The notes below the pieces were generated by a model that worked only from the letters and a program-made list of their open reading frames with translations, was not told the DNA's origin and ran no database searches. Made by a program: the position numbers and the translations under genes. From Candidatus Altiarchaeales archaeon (GTDB lineage: Archaea > Altiarchaeota > Altiarchaeia > IMC4 > SCGC-AAA252-I15), in NCBI GenBank assembly GCA_014727915.1, contig WJMO01000005.1:288001-352000 (forward strand): a stretch of 64,000 nucleotides of DNA. Direction: 5' to 3'. Shown one piece after another: positions 29,721 through 39,590 of this stretch; the stretch's first letter is position 1; each line of letters starts with the position of its first letter.

Positions 29721-30484
29721 CTTCTACCATACCTCCTCTTGTATTCTTCGCTCTCGCTCATGAACATGCCCAGCATCCTCTCCGCATCTCCTCTGCCCGC
29801 GATCTCCTCCAGGGCCGTTACCATACGGTCGAAGTTGGCGTCCTTCACGAGGCCGTAGCAGCCGTAGCAGTGCTTCCCGTGGGTGATGCAGAACGCCCGG
29901 CACCCGCCCATGGTTATGGGGCCCAGGCAGGGTTCTCCGTTCACGAGCCGGCACCGGTTGTCGTTTATCTTGCACTCCATGCAGACGGGATAGTCGCGTT
30001 CCTCGGGCGCGCATCCCCTCAGCAGGCTTGACAGCGTCCGGGCGATCTCCCGCTTGTCCACGGGGCACCCGTTTATCATGTAGTCCACTTCGACGTAGGC
30101 GCTCAACGGCTTGGCCTCGGTGCCCCGGGGCTTGTACTCTGGCGGGTAGGCGCTCTTGTAGAAGCTCAGACGGTCCCGCTCATCGTCTATTATCGCGGGT
30201 ATCCCCCCAGTGCATGCGCAGGCGCCCAACGCGACTATTATCCTAGTCTTCTCCCGTATCTCCCTCAGCAAATCCTGTTCATGGGGTGTAACGGGGGTTC
30301 CCTCTATTATCGCCACGTCGAAGGGCCCGGGTTTGTTACCCTCCTTTGCGAGCCTCCAGTTGACTATCTCCACACCCTCCAAAAGGTCCACCAGCTGGTC
30401 TTTCAGGTTTATAAGTTCCACCTCGCAGCCTTCACAGTCTGTGAAGTCGAATATCCCCATCTTCGGCTTTCCTATCGGTTTCAT
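29717..30484 (-). CDS. hydD: Group 3b hydrogenase small subunit delta
   Basis: TDCEGC, GACA..GG, GCP, VC.EC..CLGP.T..GC...C.....CYGC.G. Confidence 0.92.
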   Translation of the reverse strand: MKPIGKPKMGIFDFTDCEGCEVELINLKDQLVDLLEGVEIVNWRLAKEGNKPGPFDVAIIEGTPVTPHEQDLLREIREKTRIIVALGACACTGGIPAIIDDERDRLSFYKSAYPPEYKPRGTEAKPLSAYVEVDYMINGCPVDKREIARTLSSLLRGCAPEERDYPVCMECKINDNRCRLVNGEPCLGPITMGGCRAFCITHGKHCYGCYGLVKDANFDRMVTALEEIAGRGDAERMLGMFMSESEEYKRRYGRR

Positions 30485-31311
30485 AGTCCCCCGTACTCCT
30501 CCAGCAATTCCTTGTATGTGAATATTGGCCCGTCAAGGCAGACGTACCTGCTTCCACGGGTGCAATGCTGGCATTTCCCCACCCCGCATTTCATCCTACG
30601 CTCCATCGACACCAGGATCCGATCCTCCGCCAACCCCATCTCCAGGAGCTTCTTCACCACGAACTTGTACATTATCGGAGGGCCGCACATGCAGGCTACA
30701 GTGTTCTTCCCCACTTTGACCTTGTCCAATAGGTTCGTTACGACGCCGACTCCGCATTGGAGTGATAGGCTGTCGTCGGGCGCGTCCTCGCTGTCCACAG
30801 TAAGCAATACATTGGCCTTCTTCGCCCATTCCGCGTATTCCTTCCGGAACAGGAGGTCCTGCTGTGTCCTGGACCCATAGAGAAGTGTGACTCCTTTGAA
30901 CTTTCGCTTGTTCTCTATCGCATGCAAGAGTAGAGACCTCATCGGCGGTATACCGCATCCGCCGGTTATTATCAGCAGGTCCTTGCCCTTTATCCTCTTC
31001 TCCTCGAATCCGTTGCCGAAGGGGCCGCGCACTCCCACTTCGTCTCCTGGTTCGAGCCGGTGCACGGCTCCGGTGACGTTCCCGACCTTCCTCACGGAGC
31101 ATTGTATGTGCTTCCTGTCGCTTGGGCCGGAGGCTATGCCAACGGGTATCTCCCCGTATCCCGCCAGCGAGAGCTGGATGAACTGCCCAGGTATGAACTT
31201 GAAGTTCCTGGCTGCTTCCGCGTCCTTGAGCTTCAACGTGAGCAGCACGCTGTCCGGGCTCAGCGACTTAATGTCCGCGACCACCGCATCATATGGCTTG
31301 TAAGTGTTCAT
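30481..31311 (-). CDS. hydG: Group 3b hydrogenase subunit gamma (FAD/NAD-binding, 2Fe-2S)
   Basis: PGQF, RGPFGNGF, CGPPIMYK, ERRMKCGVGKCQHC..VC.DGP. Confidence 0.92.
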   Translation of the reverse strand: MNTYKPYDAVVADIKSLSPDSVLLTLKLKDAEAARNFKFIPGQFIQLSLAGYGEIPVGIASGPSDRKHIQCSVRKVGNVTGAVHRLEPGDEVGVRGPFGNGFEEKRIKGKDLLIITGGCGIPPMRSLLLHAIENKRKFKGVTLLYGSRTQQDLLFRKEYAEWAKKANVLLTVDSEDAPDDSLSLQCGVGVVTNLLDKVKVGKNTVACMCGPPIMYKFVVKKLLEMGLAEDRILVSMERRMKCGVGKCQHCTRGSRYVCLDGPIFTYKELLEEYGGL

Positions 31312-32291
31312 CCCTTCTCCTCGCACCTTCTTATGATGTCATGTATCTTGATCTTTGCGGGGCAGTATGTTATGCACCTCCCGCATCCCACGCAGTCCGG
31401 CATGCCCCGCTCCTTCACAGCCCTGCTGAACTTGTGGTGGTACCAGTTGTGTATCCTCATGTGTCTCTTGTCCCTGAAGTTGACGCCTCCAGCCACCAGC
31501 GCGAAGTCCGCGAGCATGCACGAGTCCCAGCACCTCACCCGCTCACCCTCTTCCCCGCTCAAACCAACCCTGTCCTCTACGTCGAAGCAGTGGCATACGG
31601 GGCAGACGTAGCTGCATATGCCGCAGGCGAAGCACTCCTTCGCAAGGTTCTCCCACAGCTCGTCATCAGGCCCCCCGTCCAGGAAGGCTGAAGTCCTCTT
31701 GACGTTTAGCTTCTTCTTACCCGACTTGGGGATCTTCGGCTTTCTCACGTGGCCGCTCCTGCTCCTGACGTTCCCGTTCTTCACCAGCTTATGCCCCCTC
31801 TTGGTCTTCACGTCCAACAGGTAGTGGTCGCCCTCGTCCAAGAGGATTATGTCATATCCTGACTCGAAGTCCAGGTCCAGTTCGCTGTAGAATGCGTTGG
31901 GTATCTCCCCGTGTTCGACCGCCACTATGAACGACCCCCTCCTCCTTCTCGAATAGTATGAGTCTTTCACAGGCTTTCCGAAGGCGTGGTCGAGTATCTT
32001 CAGCGCTTGCACGTCGTAGGGGTGGATCCCGAAGACGACTATGCTCTTCCCCATGTGCTCCGGCTCTGACACAGCCCCTCCCTTGAACTCCAGCAGGGTC
32101 TCCTCCGCAGGGAAGAACGCCTTCTTCACAGCTGAGTTGGTGGTCTCATAGTCCAATACGGCCTCGTCCCCATCCCGCCAAATGTCGAAGGTGACGATAT
32201 CACCCCGTTTTACTGGTGCGTAGACGACGTATTCGCGAGCCAGCCTGCTCAGATACCCCCCTAGATCCTCTTTGGCCAAAACCAAGGCCAT
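31308..32291 (-). CDS. hydB: Group 3b hydrogenase subunit beta (4Fe-4S)
   Basis: CFACGICSYVCPVCHC, WDSC, HKF, CVGCGRCITYCP. Confidence 0.92.
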   Translation of the reverse strand: MALVLAKEDLGGYLSRLAREYVVYAPVKRGDIVTFDIWRDGDEAVLDYETTNSAVKKAFFPAEETLLEFKGGAVSEPEHMGKSIVVFGIHPYDVQALKILDHAFGKPVKDSYYSRRRRGSFIVAVEHGEIPNAFYSELDLDFESGYDIILLDEGDHYLLDVKTKRGHKLVKNGNVRSRSGHVRKPKIPKSGKKKLNVKRTSAFLDGGPDDELWENLAKECFACGICSYVCPVCHCFDVEDRVGLSGEEGERVRCWDSCMLADFALVAGGVNFRDKRHMRIHNWYHHKFSRAVKERGMPDCVGCGRCITYCPAKIKIHDIIRRCEEKG

Positions 32292-32326
32292 CGTAACTAA
32301 TTAACTTCGTTATATTAATAACCCAT

Positions 32327-32965
32327 ATGTTGTTCGAACTGCACGTTCACTCCTCCTACTCTGATGGGAAGCCAACACCCAAGGAGATACTGGAATATGC
32401 AGGCAGCAGACTAGATGGCATCGCATTAACAGACCATGACGAGATAGCCGGCGCTTTGGAGGCTTTGGAACATGCAGGCGACGATTTCACCGTGATACCC
32501 GGGGCTGAGGTTTCCTCTGTTGAAGGTCACATACTCGCTTTGGGCGTCACCGAACTGGTGCCCCGGGACCTATCCGCGGCCGAGACCGTTGACAGGATAC
32601 ACGGCCTGGGCGGGCTGGCGGTCGCAGCCCACCCCTACGACGTTCGCCGCGCGGCCCTCGGAGACCTCATACTAAAACTCCCGTTCGACGCAGTTGAAGT
32701 CGTTAACGGCCACACGTTCGGCAACAAAAAGGACCCTGTCAAGGTCTGCCGGGAGGCCGGCCTGCCGATGGTCGGCGGCAGCGACGCCCACATACTATCC
32801 GAGGTCGGTTCCGTGACCGTCGAGTTCGACGGCGACTGGAGGAACGCCATAAAGAAGGGCAACGTGACGATCGACAGCAGGAACATCGCCCACAGGATAT
32901 TCAACTTCGGAGTAGGCGCAGTGCATCGCAGGATCTCACGGAGCAGGAAGAAGGGCGACCATTAG
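32327..32965 (+). CDS. PHP domain phosphoesterase
   Basis: LHVHSSYSDG, TDHD, AHPY, GGSDAH. Confidence 0.92.
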   Translation: MLFELHVHSSYSDGKPTPKEILEYAGSRLDGIALTDHDEIAGALEALEHAGDDFTVIPGAEVSSVEGHILALGVTELVPRDLSAAETVDRIHGLGGLAVAAHPYDVRRAALGDLILKLPFDAVEVVNGHTFGNKKDPVKVCREAGLPMVGGSDAHILSEVGSVTVEFDGDWRNAIKKGNVTIDSRNIAHRIFNFGVGAVHRRISRSRKKGDH

Positions 32966-33768
32966 CCCTTGTAGACTGAATAGCATTCCATCTCGGACGG
33001 GAACGCCCTCTCCTTCACCTTATTGATGAAATCCCCAACTGCTTTCTCAGGGCTGCTGGTGTCCCATTCGCCTATGAATCTGGGCTTCCTGCCGCCGGGG
33101 AACCTGCTGAAGTCCGTCCAACCCACCAGGTCATCGAGGACGAGCACCTGCCCGTCTGTTCGCGGGCCTGCTCCGATACCGATGGTTGGAACGCCCACGG
33201 ACTCTGTCACCCTCCCTGCGACTTCCGGGTCTGCCAGCTCTATCACAATTGCGAAGGCTCCCGCCTCCTCCAATGCCCTGGCATCCCCTATCAGCTTTCC
33301 GGCGTCCTCCTCGTCCCTGCCCTTTATCCTGTGCTTCTTCTCCGTCTGTGGTGTGTGCGCAATGTGCCCCATCACATCCACTCCAGAATCTACGATTGCC
33401 TTCACCATATCCGCGACCTCGCTTCCCCCCTCCAACTTCACCGCTTCACCTCCGGCGTCAACCAGCCTCTTCGCGTTCTTCACCGCATCCTCAAAAGTAT
33501 CGTATGTGTGTATGGGCATGTCAACGACCACCAACGCGTTGGCCTTCTCTGACGTCACATCCGCCGCCGCCTTCATCATGTCCTCCAAGGTGACATGTGT
33601 TGTGTCCGGATAGCCCAGCCTCACGTTTCCTATGGAATCCCCCACGAGTATAACGTCCACGCCAGCGCTGTCGAGCAGCTCACGGTCCCTGCTGTCATAG
33701 CCTGTTATGACGGCTATCCTCTCGCCCCCTGCCTTCATCCCCCTAATGCTATCAACAGTCCTCTTCAT
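32962..33768 (-). CDS. panB: 3-methyl-2-oxobutanoate hydroxymethyltransferase
   Basis: ILVGDSIGN, DMP, VKLEGG, PTIGIGAG..DGQVLV.DD. Confidence 0.95.
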   Translation of the reverse strand: MKRTVDSIRGMKAGGERIAVITGYDSRDRELLDSAGVDVILVGDSIGNVRLGYPDTTHVTLEDMMKAAADVTSEKANALVVVDMPIHTYDTFEDAVKNAKRLVDAGGEAVKLEGGSEVADMVKAIVDSGVDVMGHIAHTPQTEKKHRIKGRDEEDAGKLIGDARALEEAGAFAIVIELADPEVAGRVTESVGVPTIGIGAGPRTDGQVLVLDDLVGWTDFSRFPGGRKPRFIGEWDTSSPEKAVGDFINKVKERAFPSEMECYSVYKG

Positions 33769-33836
33769 ATAATGCCTCGACCGTTCACTAATGCTATTAC
33801 AACTTATTAATCCTCTTTCCCCTATAATTTGGAGCC

Positions 33837-34892
33837 ATGAAAAAGCTTAACGTCGGTGTTTTGGGCGCTACCGGCATGGTGGGTCAGAGGTTCATAGAGG
33901 GTTTAGAGCATCATCCATACTTCAAGATTGCGTGCCTGGCAGCTTCCGACCGGAGCGCGGGCAAACCCTACCGTGAGGCCGCCAAATGGTACCTCGCAGG
34001 GGACATACCCAAGCACGTCGGGGACATGAAGGTGGAATTGATCGGCACCGGGATCATCGACGAGTTCGACCTGGACATCGTGTTCAGCGCCATACCCTCC
34101 TCAGTTGCGAAGGAGGTCGAGGGCTCGTTCGCTGAGCAGGTCCCCGTCTACAGCAACACCAAGACCTACCGGATGGAGTCTGACGTCCCCCTGGTCGTAG
34201 CTGACGTCAACCCCCATCACCTGGACCTGGTGAAGGTGCAGAAAGAGAACCGCGGCTGGAACGGCCACATAGTCACTAACCCCAACTGCTCGACCATCGG
34301 CTTGGTGGTTCCCCTTAAGCCCATACTGGACGAGTTCGGCCTTGAATGGGTGAACGTCTGCACCATGCAGGCATTGTCCGGAGCGGGATACGATGGCGTG
34401 CCCTCCATGGCCGCAGTCGACAACGTCATACCCTTCATAGGCGGCGAGGAGGAGAAGGTGGAGCTTGAGCCCTTGAAGATACTGGGCAAGATGGAGTCGG
34501 GTCGAGTGGAGGACGCCGGATTCCAGGTTTTCGCATCCTGCAACCGTGTGGCCTCGTTGGACGGCCACTTGAAGTCCATGTTCATCGGAACCAGGGATGA
34601 CTTCGACATCGAGGACATAGTTGCGGTATTGCAGAACTACACCAGTGTTCCACAGGAGCTCAAGCTCCCGACCGCCCCCATACCCCCGATCATCGTCAGG
34701 GAGGAGGACGACCGGCCCCAGCCACGGTTGGACAGGGATGCTGGCAGGGGCATGGCAGTAACCGTGGGCAGGCTGCGGAAGAAGTCGGAGAAGAAGCTTA
34801 AGCTCACCTGCCTCAGCCACAACACAATACGCGGAGCGGCCGGGGCTAGCATACTGAACGCCGAGCTAGCGTTGAAGGAGAAGCTACTCTAG
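33837..34892 (+). CDS. asd: Aspartate-semialdehyde dehydrogenase (archaeal type)
   Basis: GATGMVGQRF, NPNCST, QALSGAGY, HNTIRGAAG. Confidence 0.96.
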   Translation: MKKLNVGVLGATGMVGQRFIEGLEHHPYFKIACLAASDRSAGKPYREAAKWYLAGDIPKHVGDMKVELIGTGIIDEFDLDIVFSAIPSSVAKEVEGSFAEQVPVYSNTKTYRMESDVPLVVADVNPHHLDLVKVQKENRGWNGHIVTNPNCSTIGLVVPLKPILDEFGLEWVNVCTMQALSGAGYDGVPSMAAVDNVIPFIGGEEEKVELEPLKILGKMESGRVEDAGFQVFASCNRVASLDGHLKSMFIGTRDDFDIEDIVAVLQNYTSVPQELKLPTAPIPPIIVREEDDRPQPRLDRDAGRGMAVTVGRLRKKSEKKLKLTCLSHNTIRGAAGASILNAELALKEKLL

Positions 34893-34901
34893 GATCAACC
34901 A

Positions 34902-37844
34902 CTACGCCTGTTCTGTCAATGAGGTTTTGTGCCTTATCGGCGGCCGGAAGTACCCTCGCACGTCCAATTCTACGTAGTCGTCTGATGTGATGATGTCGAA
35001 CAGCCTGTCCTGGTTCTCCTCTGACAGCGGAATCCCGAACCTTCTGTTGCAACGCTCCATGAATGCGTTTTTCGCGCCTTCCCTAGAATTCCCCCTCATC
35101 AGGCCTCTTATGTAGCCTATGACCGTCTCTGCTGTCAAGCTCCTATCCGGGTCCAGCGGTTTATGCCCTACCCTGTTTATCCACGCGCTTATCCGCATCG
35201 CCTCGAGCTTTCCCATCCTCCTTCTGAAATCGTCTGTTTGGAAGCTTGGGTCGTCCTCTAACACCTTCACCCCTGCTGCCAGGTCCTTCGAGAGCAGGCC
35301 GAAAGTTCTCAGATACTGCTCTCTAAGCTCTCTACGCTGGTTTTCCGTGAGGTTCTCGTCTGTGCACGCGAGCTCCATCCCCCTTACCGCGTCTTCTGCG
35401 TTCTTCCTGAAGACCTGAACTACATCGTCGGGGTCGGCCTCGCCTATCAGCCTCATCCTATGATTCCACTGCAGCCGCGGGTCCCACATAAGGAAGGGGG
35501 TCTTGGACGTGCGCGGGTAGGGCAGGCCCTCACCCATCACCTTCTTGGCAGCATCCTCCACCCGCTCCCCAAGGCCCTCCTCTCCTGAATCGCCTGCCAG
35601 GCTCACTAGATGGTCTGCAAGATACGGCCTCAGTGGCTCTGAGACCCCCAGCAGCGTTCCATGCACGAACCGTTCCAGCCGGTCTCTCCGCATTAGCATC
35701 CTGGTCAGGGGCAGTCCAACCCTCCTCGGCCTACCCGCGTTTATGAGTCCCTCTGCCAGTTCCATGTCCTGTTCCCGGAGTATCCCATGCATCTCCAACA
35801 GCTCCGGGTTCTCCAACAGCTGCGTATCAACGAACGAATCCCAACCGTGCATCTCACTGTCCCTCTTTATCCTGCTCAACTCCCCCTGGATGTTCTGGCA
35901 GTAGGCGTTAAGGACCCTCTCCCCGCTCCTACTCCTCTTGCCGCCGTATTTGTACCTGTACATGTCGCTCGCAGCGTTCAAGGCGTATATCCCAGTGTTA
36001 TCTCTAAGTGGTCCCTTATCCCGGAATAATGACGTGTGCTCGGATAGCACCAGCATCCTCGTAAGGCCCTCGTCGTTTATCAGGGCCAGCTCGTCACCGT
36101 CGTCGAATACCACTCTCCCCGCGCATAGGGCGTCGGCTGCCATGCACGCCTTCTTCCTCACAAGCGACTCCAGCAGGCTCCAGTGCCGGTACTGCTCGTC
36201 TGTTAGTATGTGCGTGGGCCTGACGGTCTCTCCCTCACCCGCCTCCTGGTAGTATCTCGCGCAGTGGCCGACTTCGATGAGCCCATACCGGGGGTGCCGT
36301 TCCCTCAGGTGCACCAGGTCCAAGTCCGGCACCACGATGCCCTTCTTCCGGTTGGCTATGAGGCCTGCGCATAGCACCCTGGTCTTCGTGTAGCCCAGGT
36401 ACCTGTCCTGCTCCCTCTCCGCTCTCCTCTTTTCACGGCACCACCGGTTGTCCAGTATCAGCACGGCATTGCATCTCACCTTGCGTGTGAAGTCCCTCTC
36501 CTCTCCCTCATCACCCCGGGTCTTGTATAGCACAGTGAAGACTTCCCTTGCAGAGTCTCCGTATTCCCTCGTCGCGTCCACCATCCTCTCCCTCTTCCAT
36601 ATGGACTCTGGCACCGCTAACACCAGTATGTACTCTCCCCCTCCCCTCATCTTCACCTGGTCATAGTGCGTTATCAGGTCTCTTGTCTTAGTGCTCGCAT
36701 AGGGGTTGAACTGCACCTCGCCAGTCTCAGGGTCTAACCTTGCTCCTGGGAGCGGGACCAGCAGGCCTCCCGTCCGCCTGAACTCCGGACCCCACCCCGA
36801 CAGTATCTGGTCGTTTATGATCCCTGAGAGTACATAGTGCATGTCCTTCTCCCATTCCCTGTCTCCGGGCCGGTCCCTCCTGAACTCGGGGGAGCACAGC
36901 CTCCTGAACTGCTCTATCAAAGCCGTGAACTCCCTGTGTGTAAGCCTCCTGTTCGAGACCGCCCCAGTCTCCTGCCCCTCCCAATCGGTCCTACCCCGAA
37001 CCCTCCCGATGAAGGATTTCATGTTCACTGCGAGGTCGTCGGTGTCCTGGTTGAGCCCTCCGTCACCTGTGAAACCCAGCAGGAAGTCAGCGTCCCGGTG
37101 GCTGTTGTCCCTCATCCTCATGAACTCCTCCAAACCGCCCAGGAAGACCTCACGGTTCTCCAGCGTCCTGACATGGTCTGTGAGGTTCTGGACCGAGACG
37201 AACCTCAATCCTATGTTCTTGCTGTACCAGCACCCCAGACCCCTGATGCTGCTCTTCCTGGATGCGACCTCATCTGCCATCTCCTCTGACGAGAGCCGCA
37301 GCCTTGGCGTCCTCCAACCGTAGTCGTTCAAGAGGAAGAAACGCCGGCTTCCCTCTTTCAGCCCGGGGGCTGTTATGAACTTTATCCTGTTGGGGTCGCA
37401 CCCGTGGCCTTCCAGCGCCCTCACAGCCCTGTCCAACCTCTCGGCGAACTCCGGCTCGAAGTTTTCTATCCTCAATTCCATGTCACGGCCAGGTCTGATG
37501 TGGCCCCTTATCATCTCCTCGCTTATCCTCCCCTTCGCCGCAGCCTGGTCTGCGGGTAGTGGTGTGCCCACCACCTGGGGGAAGAGCTCGGTTAGCAGGA
37601 GGTCGTGGGAGCCGAAGAACCACCCGTCCGGCCTCTGGGCTCCCCCCACGAAAACTATGTCGTCCCCGACGAATGCAACGTCTATGAGCCTCTCATCCTG
37701 GGGCCTTTCCACATCCCCCCTCAAGAGCTTAACAGGGTCTTCATACACCCACCTGAACGGTATCTGGCCAAGTTCTCCCTTCAATCCGGGTGTTATCTCA
37801 GCTATGGGGCTCTCAGCCTGCCCGTGCCTCCGGTACTTGCGCAT
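34902..37844 (-). CDS. Large hypothetical protein (980 aa)
   Basis: Long uninterrupted ORF filling the whole gap between asd and the Lrp gene. Confidence 0.75.
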   Translation of the reverse strand: MRKYRRHGQAESPIAEITPGLKGELGQIPFRWVYEDPVKLLRGDVERPQDERLIDVAFVGDDIVFVGGAQRPDGWFFGSHDLLLTELFPQVVGTPLPADQAAAKGRISEEMIRGHIRPGRDMELRIENFEPEFAERLDRAVRALEGHGCDPNRIKFITAPGLKEGSRRFFLLNDYGWRTPRLRLSSEEMADEVASRKSSIRGLGCWYSKNIGLRFVSVQNLTDHVRTLENREVFLGGLEEFMRMRDNSHRDADFLLGFTGDGGLNQDTDDLAVNMKSFIGRVRGRTDWEGQETGAVSNRRLTHREFTALIEQFRRLCSPEFRRDRPGDREWEKDMHYVLSGIINDQILSGWGPEFRRTGGLLVPLPGARLDPETGEVQFNPYASTKTRDLITHYDQVKMRGGGEYILVLAVPESIWKRERMVDATREYGDSAREVFTVLYKTRGDEGEERDFTRKVRCNAVLILDNRWCREKRRAEREQDRYLGYTKTRVLCAGLIANRKKGIVVPDLDLVHLRERHPRYGLIEVGHCARYYQEAGEGETVRPTHILTDEQYRHWSLLESLVRKKACMAADALCAGRVVFDDGDELALINDEGLTRMLVLSEHTSLFRDKGPLRDNTGIYALNAASDMYRYKYGGKRSRSGERVLNAYCQNIQGELSRIKRDSEMHGWDSFVDTQLLENPELLEMHGILREQDMELAEGLINAGRPRRVGLPLTRMLMRRDRLERFVHGTLLGVSEPLRPYLADHLVSLAGDSGEEGLGERVEDAAKKVMGEGLPYPRTSKTPFLMWDPRLQWNHRMRLIGEADPDDVVQVFRKNAEDAVRGMELACTDENLTENQRRELREQYLRTFGLLSKDLAAGVKVLEDDPSFQTDDFRRRMGKLEAMRISAWINRVGHKPLDPDRSLTAETVIGYIRGLMRGNSREGAKNAFMERCNRRFGIPLSEENQDRLFDIITSDDYVELDVRGYFRPPIRHKTSLTEQA

Positions 37845-37927
37845 ATGTTATCATCTGGAATCCCACGTTTATATCACCTATTTTTAAGTTTATAGCGTGT
37901 ATTCTCTTACCTATAGGGTGTGTAGGT

Positions 37928-38410
37928 ATGGTCGACGAGACCCGGTTGTTGGAGCTGCTGGAGGGTGATGCGAGGACTTCCCTCGCTGACCTGGCGACCA
38001 TGTTGGGCTCATCAAAGGATGAGGTGGAGAAGGCCATCGAGAGACTCAGGAAGAAGGGCGTCATAAAGGGCTCCAGGACTGTTGTGGACTGGCGGAAGGT
38101 CGACGGCAAGAAGGCGGTGGCCGTCATACAGGTTCAGGTCGTACCCCAGCAGAAGTACGGCTTCGACAGGGTTTGCGAGGATATCGCCAAGGACAAGCGT
38201 GTCTCGGACCTGTTCATAACATCCGGCAAGTATGACCTCATGGTGACAGTCAGGGCGGATGACATAGACGAGATAAGCGAGTTCGTCACTGACAAGCTGG
38301 CGCCGATGAAGGAGGTCACAGGCACGTTCACCCATGTCATTTTGAAGGAGTTCAAACGGGATGGCGCGTTGTTCCACGAGGCCAAGCGGAAGCGCCTTCC
38401 CGTCAGCTGA
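37928..38410 (+). CDS. Lrp/AsnC family transcriptional regulator
   Basis: L..DARTSL..LA HTH, SG.YDL.V; start ATG 37928. Confidence 0.93.
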   Translation: MVDETRLLELLEGDARTSLADLATMLGSSKDEVEKAIERLRKKGVIKGSRTVVDWRKVDGKKAVAVIQVQVVPQQKYGFDRVCEDIAKDKRVSDLFITSGKYDLMVTVRADDIDEISEFVTDKLAPMKEVTGTFTHVILKEFKRDGALFHEAKRKRLPVS

Positions 38411-38421
38411 TGTGCTAGGCG

Positions 38422-39558
38422 ATGGTTTCAAAGCGCGTGTCTGAAATACCCTTCTCGGGTATCAGGAGGTTCTTCGACATCGTGTCGGAACGGGATGATG
38501 TCGTTAGCCTGGGGGTTGGAGAGCCGGATTTCCCCACCCCTGACCCGATGAAGCACGCTGGCATACAGTCCATTGAAGACGACCTCAACAGCTACACCTC
38601 AAACTACGGCCTGTCGGAGCTGAGGGAGAAGATATCAGCCAAGCTGAAGTCGGAAAACGGATTGTCAGCAGACCCAAAATCACAGCTTCTAATAACCACA
38701 GGCACAAGTGAGGCGTTGGACCTGGTTTTCAGGGCCATACTGGACCCTGGCGACGAGGTCATCGTCCCGGAGCCCAGCTACGTCTCATATAAGCCGTGCG
38801 TGTGGTTCGCCCACTCCACTCCCGTTCCCGTGCCGATGGTTGAGGATAACGAGTTCAGGGTGCAGTCAGACGACATCAGGGAGAAGATAACCGACAGGAC
38901 CAAAGCCATAATCGTAGCCTCCCCCAACAACCCTACGGGCAGCGTGCTTAGGAAGAAGGACCTTGAGAGCATAGCAGACCTTGCATTGGAACATGACCTG
39001 ATGGTCGTATCCGACGAGCTCTACGAAGACCTCATATACGACGGCCTACGCCACTATAGCATCGGCTCCTTCAACGGCATGTCCGACAATACCGTGACGA
39101 TCAACGGGTTCAGCAAGGGCTACGCCTTCACCGGGTGGAGGCTCGGATACGCCGCTGGCTCCTCGGAGATTATCGAGGCGATGATGAAGATACACCAGTA
39201 TACGATGCTTTCAGCACCCTCCGTAGCCCAGTACTCGGCCTTGGCCTTCGACAAGTGCGGCAAGTTTGTGAAGTCGATGGTCAAGGAATACGACGTGCGC
39301 AGGCGACTGCTGGTGAAGGGCTTGAACGAGGTCGACGGAGTGTCGTGCATAATGCCGAAGGGCGCATTCTACGCGTTCCCCAACATCGAAGGCACCGGAT
39401 TGTCGAGCGAGGAGTTCGCCCGGAAGATGCTGGACGAGAAAAAGGTGGCGGTAGTGCCGGGCAACAGCTTCGGAGAGACCGGGGAAGGCCACGTACGCTG
39501 CTCGTACTCGGTGAACAGGGAGACCATAAAGGAAGCGTTGGAGCGGATGAAGGCCTGA
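38422..39558 (+). CDS. PLP-dependent class I/II aminotransferase
   Basis: LGVGEPDF, SPNNPTG, SDELY, NGFSKGYAFTGWRLGY. Confidence 0.95.
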   Translation: MVSKRVSEIPFSGIRRFFDIVSERDDVVSLGVGEPDFPTPDPMKHAGIQSIEDDLNSYTSNYGLSELREKISAKLKSENGLSADPKSQLLITTGTSEALDLVFRAILDPGDEVIVPEPSYVSYKPCVWFAHSTPVPVPMVEDNEFRVQSDDIREKITDRTKAIIVASPNNPTGSVLRKKDLESIADLALEHDLMVVSDELYEDLIYDGLRHYSIGSFNGMSDNTVTINGFSKGYAFTGWRLGYAAGSSEIIEAMMKIHQYTMLSAPSVAQYSALAFDKCGKFVKSMVKEYDVRRRLLVKGLNEVDGVSCIMPKGAFYAFPNIEGTGLSSEEFARKMLDEKKVAVVPGNSFGETGEGHVRCSYSVNRETIKEALERMKA

Positions 39559-39590
39559 TTATTAATTAATAATCCCTATCTTTTCCTATC

